From IMG/VR virus record IMGVR_UViG_3300015615_000881: a stretch of DNA of 64,000 nt. One strand, written 5' to 3'. Source of the DNA: a virus. Taxonomy: Duplodnaviria; Heunggongvirae; Uroviricota; Caudoviricetes. Every line of letters begins with the position of its first letter. Position 1 is the stretch's first letter. Positions 45,201 through 54,568 of this stretch are shown here, piece by piece. Under the pieces are notes generated by a model that was not told the DNA's origin, ran no database searches, and saw only the letters and a program-made list of their open reading frames with translations. A program made the translations under genes and the position numbers.

Positions 45201-45929
45201 TCAGTCTTCGGGTAGTGCGGATGCCAGGTCTCGAAGGTTGGCGAGCGCCTGCTCAGTGGTTGGAGGTATTGCGGGGTGACCCCGGTTGGTGACGATCCAT
45301 TTGCAGATCGCATCGATTTGGTCTGGGAGGTAGTCCTCGAGCGCACGCGCGGCGTCGGAAATCAAGGTCTCTGAATAGCCGATGGAGGTGGGTGGCCTAT
45401 CCTGGCGGAACAGGGCGTTGTCAAATGCCTTGATCAGAATCATCACCCGGCGCACTTGTTCGGCGGAGAGGGGCGTGCCGTCGGACTGGCGCCAGTTCTC
45501 CGCCGGAATCAGCAGGCTTTGAACTACCGCTTCGTCGCGCGCGAACCTTCGCACAGAGCGGGTGTGCCGACTGGCGGCGGCGCCTTTGAGGTGGAATGGT
45601 ACGTGGCTGGGATCAAGGTGGGGGTTGCAGCGGATGAATCGGTTGCAGATCCAGCCGCCCTCGGTCTCCTTGAGAAACTCACCAAGGGTGGCCACCGCAT
45701 TCAGGTCACCGCACCGACAACTGGCATTGAAACGCGGCAGGCTTTCTGACCGCAGAAAACCGTTACGGCCGGTGGCCTCGAGTTCGTAACTGAGATCGAC
45801 CCAGAGACGCATCAGCAGGCCGGTCGCGAGGGCGGGCGGGTTCGGCTGGCCGGAGCGCTCAATGCGGTGGACGCAATCGAGGTACTCCGGCCAGCGCTCG
45901 AAGTCGTTCGGTATGTGCAGAACGGCCAT
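45201..45929 (-). CDS. hypothetical protein
   Basis: A 242-aa ORF with no motif. Confidence 0.35.
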   Translation of the reverse strand: MAVLHIPNDFERWPEYLDCVHRIERSGQPNPPALATGLLMRLWVDLSYELEATGRNGFLRSESLPRFNASCRCGDLNAVATLGEFLKETEGGWICNRFIRCNPHLDPSHVPFHLKGAAASRHTRSVRRFARDEAVVQSLLIPAENWRQSDGTPLSAEQVRRVMILIKAFDNALFRQDRPPTSIGYSETLISDAARALEDYLPDQIDAICKWIVTNRGHPAIPPTTEQALANLRDLASALPED

Positions 45930-45931
45930 GA

Positions 45932-46264
45932 TCAGGTTTTGTCGGCGCGGGCGATGGCGGCCGCATCAGTGTAACGAAAGCTGGGGTACCGTTGGGCGAG
46001 CTTGCTCATATTGCCGGCGAGGCACTGCTCGCGGGTGATCCCCAGGTGGCGGCGCAGGTCTTCCATGTAGAATTCCATATCACCGAGTTCCTCAACGATG
46101 TTCGGGACATCGATCGCCTTGCCGTAGATGATCTTCTTCTTGATCGCGTCCACCAACTCGCCGGCTTCGCCACTGATCCCCAGAACGGCGTGCATCAATC
46201 CGGCGTCACGGCCGTTCATCTGGTCGAGAATCGTCTGGCCGGGTTTCACCAGGGCGGCGACCAT
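45932..46264 (-). CDS. MazG-like nucleoside triphosphate pyrophosphohydrolase
   Basis: LGISGEAGELVDAIKK...NIVEELGDMEFYM...NMSKLAQR matches MazG/NTP-PPase helices with metal-binding Glu/Asp residues. The probable start is MVAALVK. Confidence 0.6.
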   Translation of the reverse strand: MVAALVKPGQTILDQMNGRDAGLMHAVLGISGEAGELVDAIKKKIIYGKAIDVPNIVEELGDMEFYMEDLRRHLGITREQCLAGNMSKLAQRYPSFRYTDAAAIARADKT

Positions 46265-46286
46265 GCTTTGAAATGCAGCTTCCACG

Positions 46287-47291
46287 TCAGGCCTTGGCGG
46301 GAGTGGTGGTGTAAATCGCATCCGGTTGCATGTCCCGCTCGGTTTGCATCAGCTTCAAGGCGGCGACTGTCTGGCGCATGGTGCGGTTCAACCCCTCGGC
46401 GGATCCGTCGAACATGATCATGTTGCCCGTGCCGTGTTCCGCGACGTGTTTGACCCCTTCGATCCACATGCTGAAGGCGATCAACGACACATCCAGCTTG
46501 TATTTCTCGAGTAACTCGGCGGACGACGCCATGCCTTTGGAGACTTCTTCACGGAATGCGGCGGCGCCAATGCCGCGCAGGCGGGAGGCCTCCGCTTCGG
46601 CCATGGCGGCGATTTTAATTGCGGCCCCCTGAGCCTCGGCTTCCTTCGTTTTCTCGATCAGCAGGGCGGCGCCCTCGTTGGTTGCGCTGGCGATCTTGTT
46701 GAGCGAGGCCACCACCGCGTTCATGGCCGTGGTGATTTCCTCGTTGAAGGTGATCTCGCGCACCTGCAAATCGATCAGTTGGTGGCCCCATTCGGCGAGT
46801 CGAAACTGGATCTGGCCGGTGACAAAATCGTTGATCTCCGATCGCAACCCAAGGACGTTCTGCTGCTGGGTCTTGGCGACCAGACCGCGGATGGTCGATT
46901 CAACCAGACCGTGAAACGCTGTTTTGAAATCATCCGATGAGTCGAATGCGTAGGCAGCACGTTTGACCGATTCATCTCCGTCATCGGCGAGGGCCGAGAC
47001 CACCACGATGTCGAGGGTCACAGTCGCCTGATCGAGGCTGATCGCCTCAAACTCGAGTTCGTCGCTCAGGTTCTGAAGCGTACCCGTTATGGCCACGCGG
47101 TCGATGAACGGACATTTGAAGTTCATGCCCGCACGAAGCACGCGATGGAACTGGCCCAGGCGCGTGACCACACCGAACCGGCCTTGCGGAATGATGACAA
47201 TTTGTTTCAGGGCGATGATGCCAATGATGATCCACAGAACAGTCTTCAGGATCTGGGAACCGTTGCTCGAAATGAATGCGATGGGGTCCAT
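46287..47291 (-). CDS. SPFH/band-7 (stomatin/HflKC-like) domain membrane protein
   Basis: N-terminal TM (ILKTVLWIIIGIIALKQIVII) and an SPFH core (IIPQGRFGVVTRLGQFHRVLRAGMNFKCPFIDRV...). The C-terminal segment is coiled-coil and Ala/Glu-rich. Confidence 0.6.
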   Translation of the reverse strand: MDPIAFISSNGSQILKTVLWIIIGIIALKQIVIIPQGRFGVVTRLGQFHRVLRAGMNFKCPFIDRVAITGTLQNLSDELEFEAISLDQATVTLDIVVVSALADDGDESVKRAAYAFDSSDDFKTAFHGLVESTIRGLVAKTQQQNVLGLRSEINDFVTGQIQFRLAEWGHQLIDLQVREITFNEEITTAMNAVVASLNKIASATNEGAALLIEKTKEAEAQGAAIKIAAMAEAEASRLRGIGAAAFREEVSKGMASSAELLEKYKLDVSLIAFSMWIEGVKHVAEHGTGNMIMFDGSAEGLNRTMRQTVAALKLMQTERDMQPDAIYTTTPAKA

Positions 47292-47296
47292 AATGG

Positions 47297-47704
47297 TTAC
47301 TTGGTTTTGAGAGGGCGGTGGTAGTGGCGGGTTTGTCCATTGAACTGACCGTAGAAAGTGCCGGAGGAGGCTTGGTACGTGAGGTTGGACCAACCCATGT
47401 AATTCAATTCCTGGATGCCGACGATCACGTTGTTCGCGCAGGCGTCGAACGCATCCTTGATCGGCATGAGTTGACCTGACGGCCCGGCGTCAGGTGGGGC
47501 TTGCGAGTTGGGTGGCCTGAACTCCGGCGGAACTGCGGTCTGCGCCGACGGAAGTGGTTGAGACGCGGGCAACTGATAGTAGATCGCCGGCAGTGGCGCA
47601 GGCGGCATTGCCGGCGCAGGGGAACGCAGCGTGAGGTGGGCGACTACGCCCAAGGCGCAGGCGACGAGGAAGGCGTGTTGTAGTGGTTTGAGTTTTGGAT
47701 CCAT
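47297..47704 (-). CDS. secreted proline-rich protein
   Basis: Signal peptide MDPKLKPLQHAFLVACALGVVAHLTL followed by a Pro-rich region. Confidence 0.35.
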   Translation of the reverse strand: MDPKLKPLQHAFLVACALGVVAHLTLRSPAPAMPPAPLPAIYYQLPASQPLPSAQTAVPPEFRPPNSQAPPDAGPSGQLMPIKDAFDACANNVIVGIQELNYMGWSNLTYQASSGTFYGQFNGQTRHYHRPLKTK

Positions 47705-47712
47705 GGTGTTTC

Positions 47713-47736
47713 GTTTCTGTTGACTCTGTTGACTCG
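47713..47736. promoter_or_regulatory. conserved element copy (GAGTCAACAGAGTCAACAGAAAC on the coding strand)
   Basis: It lies 9 nt upstream of the ATG at 47704, between the methyltransferase and secreted-protein genes. Confidence 0.45.
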
Positions 47737-47747
47737 CACACGGGGAT

Positions 47748-49145
47748 TCATTCGGAGAGCACGGCCGTCACTAGGGACCTGGCGGTGTTGCATGGCACAG
47801 CGTTGCCAATCTGGCGGATGATGTCCTTTTTCGTCCCGGTGAAGTTGTAGTCGGAAGGGAATCCCTGGGCGGCGGCAAGTTCGTGAGGTTGGAGCATTCG
47901 ATACAGAATCTCCAGACGGTATTGCTTGCCATCGATTTTCATCTCGGGCTGGACCAACCCAAAGCGCGGGCGGGTAGTGACCGTTCCAAGTGGTTCGCGG
48001 ACGGAACGAGTAGTGCCGGTGCCGTAATATTCGACGAGGAAAGGCTCGACCAATCCAGCATGAACGCCGCCGGCGGAAATGGTCGGCACCGGTTCGTCGA
48101 TCGATTTTGCGGAAGCCTCAAGCTGACTGTGCTCGGTGCCCCGCAATTCAACCAGGTATGGTTGGATCAAAGCCATCGAAGCGCTTCCCACGACGGTTTG
48201 CAAAGGCTTGGCGACTGAACGAGCCGGAGAGGCATTCTGTTGGCCGATGATGAAAGGCTCGATCAGTGCCATCTCCCCTCGATTGGCGCAGGTGATTGTC
48301 GGGACTGGTCTATTGATGGAATGGACACGGCGATCAGTGCCGGATGAGTGAGTGACGTGGATAATGAAGGGTTCAAGCACCGCACCACCGTATTTCCTCA
48401 ATCCGGCGGCGATTCGGCGAAGGGTGTTTTCTTTGAGCGGACGTTCCCGGCTGAAAATCGAGGACCCCTTGATTCTCCAGTCAATGATCTCCCGAGCGGA
48501 TCTCCAGCGCTGGCTCGACTCCAATTGACGCTCGGCATCCGGTTTGAAATGGGTCGGTGACGGCCAGGCAAGTTTCCGGCGGCCGCGGACTGCCTGAACA
48601 AACAAGCGCTGCCGCGTCGTTGGATCACCGTAGTCAGCGGCGCAGAGGATTCGCCATTCGACCTTGTAACCGAGGGACTCCAGCATGCCGAGCCAGGCTT
48701 TGAAAGTCGCACCCTTCTTGGATTTGAGCGGGCGCCCACGGCGGCCCAGCGGGCCCCACTCCATGAACTCCTTCACGTTCTCGACGAGGATGACGTCCGG
48801 CCGAAGGGCCTCCGCCCAACGCGTGACGCAGTGCCCGGACGCCCGGCTTTGATCGTTCATGGGACGCCCACCGCGCGCGCGGGAATGGTGGGTGCACTCC
48901 GGAGACGCCCAAAGGATGTCCAACTTCCCGTCCGGATACAGGTGGCGCGGATTGATTGAGTCAACCGACGCGCAGACGTGCCGGGCACTGGGGTGGTTCG
49001 ATGTATGCGATTGGACGGCGACCGGCCAATGATTGACAGCGGTGAGCCGGGGCTCATACCCAAGCGACTCGGCGGCCTGCATTGCGCCGGTGCTCGTTCC
49101 GCCGGCGCCACAGAACAGGTCCGCGATCTCCAGGACTTTGGTCAT
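47748..49145 (-). CDS. DNA (cytosine-5)-methyltransferase with expanded, internally repeated target-recognition region
   Basis: Motif I DLFCGAGG. Motif IV WASPEC. Motif VI ILVENV. Motif VIII TRQRLFVQAV. Motif X QIGNAVP. Between motifs VIII and IX there are four tandem PxPTIT...(E/Q)PF(I/L) segments. Confidence 0.8.
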   Translation of the reverse strand: MTKVLEIADLFCGAGGTSTGAMQAAESLGYEPRLTAVNHWPVAVQSHTSNHPSARHVCASVDSINPRHLYPDGKLDILWASPECTHHSRARGGRPMNDQSRASGHCVTRWAEALRPDVILVENVKEFMEWGPLGRRGRPLKSKKGATFKAWLGMLESLGYKVEWRILCAADYGDPTTRQRLFVQAVRGRRKLAWPSPTHFKPDAERQLESSQRWRSAREIIDWRIKGSSIFSRERPLKENTLRRIAAGLRKYGGAVLEPFIIHVTHSSGTDRRVHSINRPVPTITCANRGEMALIEPFIIGQQNASPARSVAKPLQTVVGSASMALIQPYLVELRGTEHSQLEASAKSIDEPVPTISAGGVHAGLVEPFLVEYYGTGTTRSVREPLGTVTTRPRFGLVQPEMKIDGKQYRLEILYRMLQPHELAAAQGFPSDYNFTGTKKDIIRQIGNAVPCNTARSLVTAVLSE

Positions 49146-49339
49146 GCCATCACTGTCTCAACCTCGGAGACCTCGTCGAGCGAGACCGGACCTGGCTTGT
49201 TGCTGAGATAGACAACAATCTTCCCGTCCACGGCGGCAATGCTTCGGATGCGATAGAGCACTCCGTCATGCGGACCGCCAACGACGGGATGATAACGAAC
49301 ATACTGGCCGATTTCGATTTGGGTTTCATTCATACTCAT
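49142..49339 (-). CDS. hypothetical small protein
   Basis: ATGA-coupled to both neighbouring genes. Confidence 0.3.
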   Translation of the reverse strand: MSMNETQIEIGQYVRYHPVVGGPHDGVLYRIRSIAAVDGKIVVYLSNKPGPVSLDEVSEVETVMA

Positions 49340-49626
49340 TGTTCCACGTGTAACAGTTTGCTTGCTCGTTGCAAGTAAATTCTACCGAATAAACTGTTTC
49401 GACTGACTGCCAGCCACCGATTGAGGGCGGCGCGCCGTGCCGGGCAACCGCAATTCCCGAGGAACTTCTCCAGCCATTCCGGGCCGGCAGCGATGATGGC
49501 GCGCTTGATGGGGTCCGACTTGAGCGCGACCAGGTCGCCGAGGCCGAACACGTCCTCCTTCTGCACCTTGAACCCACCTGGCGGCGCTACCTCGTAGCCG
49601 AGAGCGGTCTTTCGAATGAGAGCCAT
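49336..49626 (-). CDS. hypothetical small protein
   Basis: ATGA-coupled. 96 aa. Confidence 0.3.
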   Translation of the reverse strand: MALIRKTALGYEVAPPGGFKVQKEDVFGLGDLVALKSDPIKRAIIAAGPEWLEKFLGNCGCPARRAALNRWLAVSRNSLFGRIYLQRASKLLHVEQ

Positions 49627-52600
49627 CAGTCAACGAGCTCCGCCTCGATGTATGTGGTTTGATCGACCAGCGGTGTGACCGTGACGCTGCGGGCGCTGGT
49701 GTTCGCGCAGCGGACACCTCCGGCGGATCGATTGTGGCCGATATAGAAGGTGCCGCCGGGAGGCTGGCCGGCGTCAAGGACTCCGGCCGGCGGCATAAGC
49801 TGACAGACCTCCGTGTTCGTTTGGTCGTCCTCAAACCGGTAGCCGTCGGCATCCTGGTCCCAAAAGTATGGAGTGGGGGTCTGGTTCGGAAAATTGCAGG
49901 GCGTAGCTTCCGCCTGGGTGGAGACCACAATCCCCCTGGGGACGGAGGTGAAGGTATGAACACGCGCAAGGAAACCGACGGCGCCGCCTTCCACAAGACC
50001 TTGGATCAAGGGCGGCAGGGCGTGAAGCGCGAGGGCATCGGTGGGCTGCATTCTCCAGTGAGTCACGGTCCTGAAGGAACTGAGCGCGAAAAGCCCCTCC
50101 CCACCAAAGCAGGGTTCGAGGGCGTTGAATCCGCCGAACGATGATGAGCCAAATCCGAGGCCGGCGGGTAACTCGTCCCACTCCTCGAGGTCGTTGCCGG
50201 GAAAGGCTTGACTGGCGGCGGGCAGCCCGGTGCTGGCCACCGCCTTCTTGTTCGCGTCGGTTTGGCAGATGGTGCCAGGTGGCCAGTTGGGTGCGATGCT
50301 GTCCGACCCGAAGTAGCTTTGACCCCGGGCTTGCAGCCGGAACGGGAGCATCATCCGCAGTCTCGTCAGTTTGTTGAAGACCTTGGCCATCCGGTTGAAC
50401 ACCTCGGCGCGCAGGACTGTGTTGGTCTGGGCGCTGAAGCCGAACATGGTGTCGGGGCGCTGGGCCGATGACATCGGGCCCTGGGACCGGCCACCGAACG
50501 CGTCAAAGAGCAGATTGTCCCAGGTGAAGTCGAACGAGGCGGTGATCGTGTCACCAAGCATCTGACCGCAGGTGGAGCAGCCGTAGGCCTGGGTGGTGGT
50601 GCCGTCGAGGAACGCTTCGCAGTACGCGCGCTGGTGCAATTCCATCTGCTGCATGATGTCCATCACAATCTTCGAGTCGCGGTCGGGATCGATGACGTCG
50701 TTGCCGTCCTCGTACTGCAATGGTGCCAACCGACAGAACAGGAAATCCGGATAGATTGATGCGTAGGGCGGGCCGAGCGTGGCGACCCGGATGTCACTTT
50801 CGGCGCCGTTGTCGCCGATCTTGGGCAGTGGTTTGTAGGAGGTCTCAGACTCGATGCCGCCGGTGTGAATGTGGTAGAGATATTGTCGGATGCCGTTCTC
50901 GAGGGACCGGTAGGGTTCGGCGGTGAGTTGATCCGGGGACCAGGTGTTCATGTCCGACGAAATGTCGCCGCCGATGCCGAAGTCGGCGGGACTGCAACAG
51001 TGGAAGCGACTCTTGAACGTGAGCTTGATGACCTCGTTGGCGCCCGGCGTGTCCACAATACAACTCTCGAGCTCGGGCCACGGTTCGTAGATCCGGCAGC
51101 TTTTGTAGAACCAGGTGCGCGTCTGGGCATCGGACGTTTGAAAGAACTGGTTGGACGTGCCTGCGTAGCGATAGCCGCTTGGGGCCTCCGGGGAAATGAG
51201 GCGGCTGATGCCGTAGTTGAAGTGGAAGCGCAGGTCAGGATTGTTGTAGCCGCGGATCTGGAGAGACCAGAAATGGCAGCGATCGCAGAGGGAGAAGTAG
51301 TCCGCCATGGCGGCGGGTTTCCACTGGCTGCTTTCGCTCCAATGCCAGGGCTTGAACTCCACGTTCATCAAGTGCTGGTTCGTGGTCCCCTGCTTGAGGG
51401 CGACGTGCCGGATGCCGTCGTAGATCCAGGGGCGGGCGTCGCCGGTGTGGGCAAACTCCTTGAGGCCGGCCAGGCCGGTGAATTTCTGACCGTTGGAGTA
51501 GTTGACCGGCGCTTCGGACGGACCGTAGGTGACGTGTCCGGACGTCGCGCGAACGATGTATGTCTCGCCTTCGGTGATCTCGCCAGTGAGGGTGGCGGCG
51601 ATGGGGGGCGCAATGTTGTGGAACGAATCCACTTCCATGTTGTTTTCACCGAGGGCGTACCGGGCGAACCAGAGACAGGACTTGCCATTCTCGACGGCGT
51701 ATTTGAGGACCTGCGCGCGAGGCACGAGGCGCATCAGGTCGCGACAGAGCCTGCGGGCGGCTTCATAGACAGGCTTGTCGTTGATGAACACACCCTCCAA
51801 TGGAAGACCTGGGGCACCGGAGCGGTTGAGGATGAGGCCGTGGTCGAAGTAGGCGTCGGACAGAATCTTCGGCGACAGGTAGCGGGTGCCGTCGCCATCG
51901 ACGGTGGCGATCGAGTCGCCGGTGGTGGTTGAGAGGCGCAGGACCAGATATTGGTCGTGGATGTCCGGCTTGTATTCGAGTTGCTCGGTGCATTCGATGT
52001 CGATGCGACCGGTGGCGTCCTCGAACACGGCGAGTGATTTGAGGCGGAACGAAAGGGGGCTCGGGTGAGGACCATCCGGGAAGGTGACGATCTGGCCCGG
52101 GACGTCGTCGGTAAGGACAATCTCCTTGAGCACCTTCCCATTGGTGCCGATCGCTTCAATGATGGCAGCGCCGATGAGTTTCGTGCATTTGAAGAACGCG
52201 GAGCCCAGGACAAATCCAGGTTCGTAGGCGTGAGTCGTTCCACCGCCAACGTGCGAGAACACCTGGCCGGCCTGGAAGACTTCGCCGGCGAGGAAGAACT
52301 GGGGCAGGTCGCGGACAACAAAGGATCCGTTCCAATGCCCGATGTTGGGGCTGAGCAGGTACTGGCTGGCGTTGAATCTTTCCACGTCGAATCCGAAGTC
52401 CTCGATGCTGTAGCCCGGGCTGGCGATCTCACCGACGGATCCGCGGTAGTCCTTGACGTACGCGGCCAGGCCCATGCGCGTGAGATGATCGCCGTCGGAT
52501 TTGGTGAGGGCCCCACCACACCGGTATGGCCCTTCGATGTAATCCTTGGTGCGAAGCGCGACCGGAATGTTGCTGCCCCAGACATAGACGAAGTACGCGG

Positions 52601-53393
52601 GGGGCGTACGCCCGATGAACCGGACGTGGCCGTTCACATTCGGACACGTCCCAGGAAAGCTGACCTCCTGCAGGCCGGGTCGAATCGGGGTGAAGAAGAT
52701 TCGGTGGTTGGGCGTTGGTGGTTGATCTTCAGTCGCGTCGCCACAGTCCCCGAGGTATTCCGGAAGCGGAAGGTAACCGCCGTAGGATTTGCCGTGGACG
52801 ATGGACCCACTGCCGCTGAGCGAGATCCGCACCACACCGTCATCACCGGCGACCGGGACCCACACGTCCGGGGTCAGTTGCTGAATCTTGTAGTAACTCT
52901 GGGCCGCGGCGAAGGCATTGGCGAGTTCGTGACCGGTGACGGGGTCGTACTGTCCGCGCTGAACCTTGCCGAGCTCCCAGATGGCTTCAATGGAGTCGTC
53001 GGGCTTGAGTGGCACGACCTCGAGGCGGACGTGCTCAGGGTCGGTGATCGGGTTTCCGAAGTGAAAGCCCATGAATGGACACGACAGGTTGGCGCCGGTG
53101 CCGAAACCGGGGTCAACGATGGGCCAGTCCGCACGGGCGATGTATGGGTCGAGATGGACGTAAAACTTGAACATCTCGAACATCGAGGGCCACAGGAGGG
53201 CAAGACCGCCACCGCTGGTGTCCGGATTACGGACCTGCCGAAAGCCGTTGAGGATGTAAAAGCAAACGCGCCAGGGCAGGTCGCCGATGGACCGGAGGCG
53301 ATCGTTGTCGGCGGTCGCCATGGCGTTGATCTGGGTGCTGGTGACCGGATCATCGATGGCGACTTCGGGAACGCGTTTGAAAACGAGGGCCAT
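49626..53393 (-). CDS. very large hypothetical protein (1255 aa), possible virion-associated
   Basis: A long uninterrupted ORF rich in Gly, Pro and aromatic residues. No catalytic motif was recognised. Confidence 0.45.
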   Translation of the reverse strand: MALVFKRVPEVAIDDPVTSTQINAMATADNDRLRSIGDLPWRVCFYILNGFRQVRNPDTSGGGLALLWPSMFEMFKFYVHLDPYIARADWPIVDPGFGTGANLSCPFMGFHFGNPITDPEHVRLEVVPLKPDDSIEAIWELGKVQRGQYDPVTGHELANAFAAAQSYYKIQQLTPDVWVPVAGDDGVVRISLSGSGSIVHGKSYGGYLPLPEYLGDCGDATEDQPPTPNHRIFFTPIRPGLQEVSFPGTCPNVNGHVRFIGRTPPAYFVYVWGSNIPVALRTKDYIEGPYRCGGALTKSDGDHLTRMGLAAYVKDYRGSVGEIASPGYSIEDFGFDVERFNASQYLLSPNIGHWNGSFVVRDLPQFFLAGEVFQAGQVFSHVGGGTTHAYEPGFVLGSAFFKCTKLIGAAIIEAIGTNGKVLKEIVLTDDVPGQIVTFPDGPHPSPLSFRLKSLAVFEDATGRIDIECTEQLEYKPDIHDQYLVLRLSTTTGDSIATVDGDGTRYLSPKILSDAYFDHGLILNRSGAPGLPLEGVFINDKPVYEAARRLCRDLMRLVPRAQVLKYAVENGKSCLWFARYALGENNMEVDSFHNIAPPIAATLTGEITEGETYIVRATSGHVTYGPSEAPVNYSNGQKFTGLAGLKEFAHTGDARPWIYDGIRHVALKQGTTNQHLMNVEFKPWHWSESSQWKPAAMADYFSLCDRCHFWSLQIRGYNNPDLRFHFNYGISRLISPEAPSGYRYAGTSNQFFQTSDAQTRTWFYKSCRIYEPWPELESCIVDTPGANEVIKLTFKSRFHCCSPADFGIGGDISSDMNTWSPDQLTAEPYRSLENGIRQYLYHIHTGGIESETSYKPLPKIGDNGAESDIRVATLGPPYASIYPDFLFCRLAPLQYEDGNDVIDPDRDSKIVMDIMQQMELHQRAYCEAFLDGTTTQAYGCSTCGQMLGDTITASFDFTWDNLLFDAFGGRSQGPMSSAQRPDTMFGFSAQTNTVLRAEVFNRMAKVFNKLTRLRMMLPFRLQARGQSYFGSDSIAPNWPPGTICQTDANKKAVASTGLPAASQAFPGNDLEEWDELPAGLGFGSSSFGGFNALEPCFGGEGLFALSSFRTVTHWRMQPTDALALHALPPLIQGLVEGGAVGFLARVHTFTSVPRGIVVSTQAEATPCNFPNQTPTPYFWDQDADGYRFEDDQTNTEVCQLMPPAGVLDAGQPPGGTFYIGHNRSAGGVRCANTSARSVTVTPLVDQTTYIEAELVD

Positions 53394-53671
53394 TAGCTAA
53401 TGACGGGTTTGAAGGGTTTCTGACGGGTTATCGTGGGCGGGGTTGATGCCTCCAACTCGGATTGAATTGCTGAAAACTCCTTGTGCATTTTGCTGTTCGG
53501 GGGCACCGGCTTCTGAAGCGCCACCAGCAGATCCTTGTTTATTTCGTCGAGTGGGTGTGACCCATCCCCCAACAGACACGATCTTCCGGCGTGCGAATAG
53601 CGCCACATTCCAGCTCTGGCGCCGACCGCGCATTGACGCCAATGCGCCATCCGGGGATCAGTGGATGTCAT
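53393..53671 (-). CDS. hypothetical small protein
   Basis: A weak ORF coupled between neighbouring genes. Confidence 0.15.
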   Translation of the reverse strand: MTSTDPRMAHWRQCAVGARAGMWRYSHAGRSCLLGDGSHPLDEINKDLLVALQKPVPPNSKMHKEFSAIQSELEASTPPTITRQKPFKPVIS

Positions 53672-53910
53672 GGCTTTAGTTGCCAGTCCGGCTTCCAGAA
53701 TGGCCCCTTCATGTTCCTGAATCCGCTGGACATGCCCGGCTTCAATTCAACGAGGGTGAATTGTTCTTTGCAGTGGGCGCATTGGGTTTTGTCCCCAAGC
53801 TTCGCGGTGGGCATACCCAACCCCACTGCGGCGGTGCAACAACGAAATGTGCCCGCAGGCTCCACAGCATAGTCAACGGTGTCGAGTTTCATGGCTTCCT
53901 CCCGTGCCAT
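53668..53910 (-). CDS. small Cys-rich (zinc-finger-like) protein
   Basis: CC...C-x2-C spacing (FRCCTAA...CAHCKE). Confidence 0.3.
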   Translation of the reverse strand: MAREEAMKLDTVDYAVEPAGTFRCCTAAVGLGMPTAKLGDKTQCAHCKEQFTLVELKPGMSSGFRNMKGPFWKPDWQLKP

Positions 53911-54299
53911 TGTCCGTTGTCGTCAACGTATATGTAGTCAACCCACCACCAGTTGCTACCCAGGACTGTGGCGGTCTCGGTGCCGTCGTCCCACACGATT
54001 TTCCCAGGCTTGCCGATTGGTGGGGCGTCGGAGACTTCCAGGCGGGCTGGAAAGTGAGTTTCAGTCCACAATCGTCGGTGGCAGAACACACAGACATGAT
54101 GGTTCTGCCAATCGGCTTCACCTGGTGGTTCTTTTACGGACACGACGCGGGAGAACTTCTTTGTCGCATTGATGCATCTCTCGGCTGGGCAATTGATCTT
54201 GAGACATTCGGGATCGGAGAAGTATCCGTCATACCGAATCGTGTGCCACGTTTGGCAGGGCAGCGCGCAGAGAAGGAGTAGTGAGAGTGGAATTGTCAT
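53889..54299 (-). CDS. secreted Cys-rich protein
   Basis: Signal peptide MTIPLSLLLLCALPCQTW and multiple Cys residues. Confidence 0.35.
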   Translation of the reverse strand: MTIPLSLLLLCALPCQTWHTIRYDGYFSDPECLKINCPAERCINATKKFSRVVSVKEPPGEADWQNHHVCVFCHRRLWTETHFPARLEVSDAPPIGKPGKIVWDDGTETATVLGSNWWWVDYIYVDDNGQWHGRKP

Positions 54300-54568
54300 A
54301 GTGGGAGACCGTCGTTTACGTGGCAGCGGCGTTCGATGAATTTGATGTACTCCGGGTTGAGTTCGATGAGGCAGGCATGGCGCGAGAGGCCGAGGGCGAC
54401 TTCACCGACGGTGCCGGATCCGGCGAAGGGATCGAGGCCGATCTGACCGGGGACACCGTAGTCACGGAGCCCGTAGTAAGGGGGTGACGTGACGCAGCAG
54501 TGGACGGAGTTATCCGGCAACTGGCGGAGGCGCTCGAGGCAATCGCCCTGGATGATTCTTACCGCCAT
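54296..54568 (-). pseudogene. internally deleted beta-class N6-adenine/N4-cytosine DNA methyltransferase remnant
   Basis: Motif IV (CCVTSPPYYG) and motif I (LDPFAGSGT) are only about 20 aa apart in a 90-aa ORF. Intact PF01555 enzymes have roughly 130-200 aa between them. Confidence 0.45.

Noticed and set aside
52065-53396. 443-aa plus-strand ORF (and 50865-51932)
   Set aside because: It is antisense to the 1255-aa minus-strand ORF, with the same compositional artefact.
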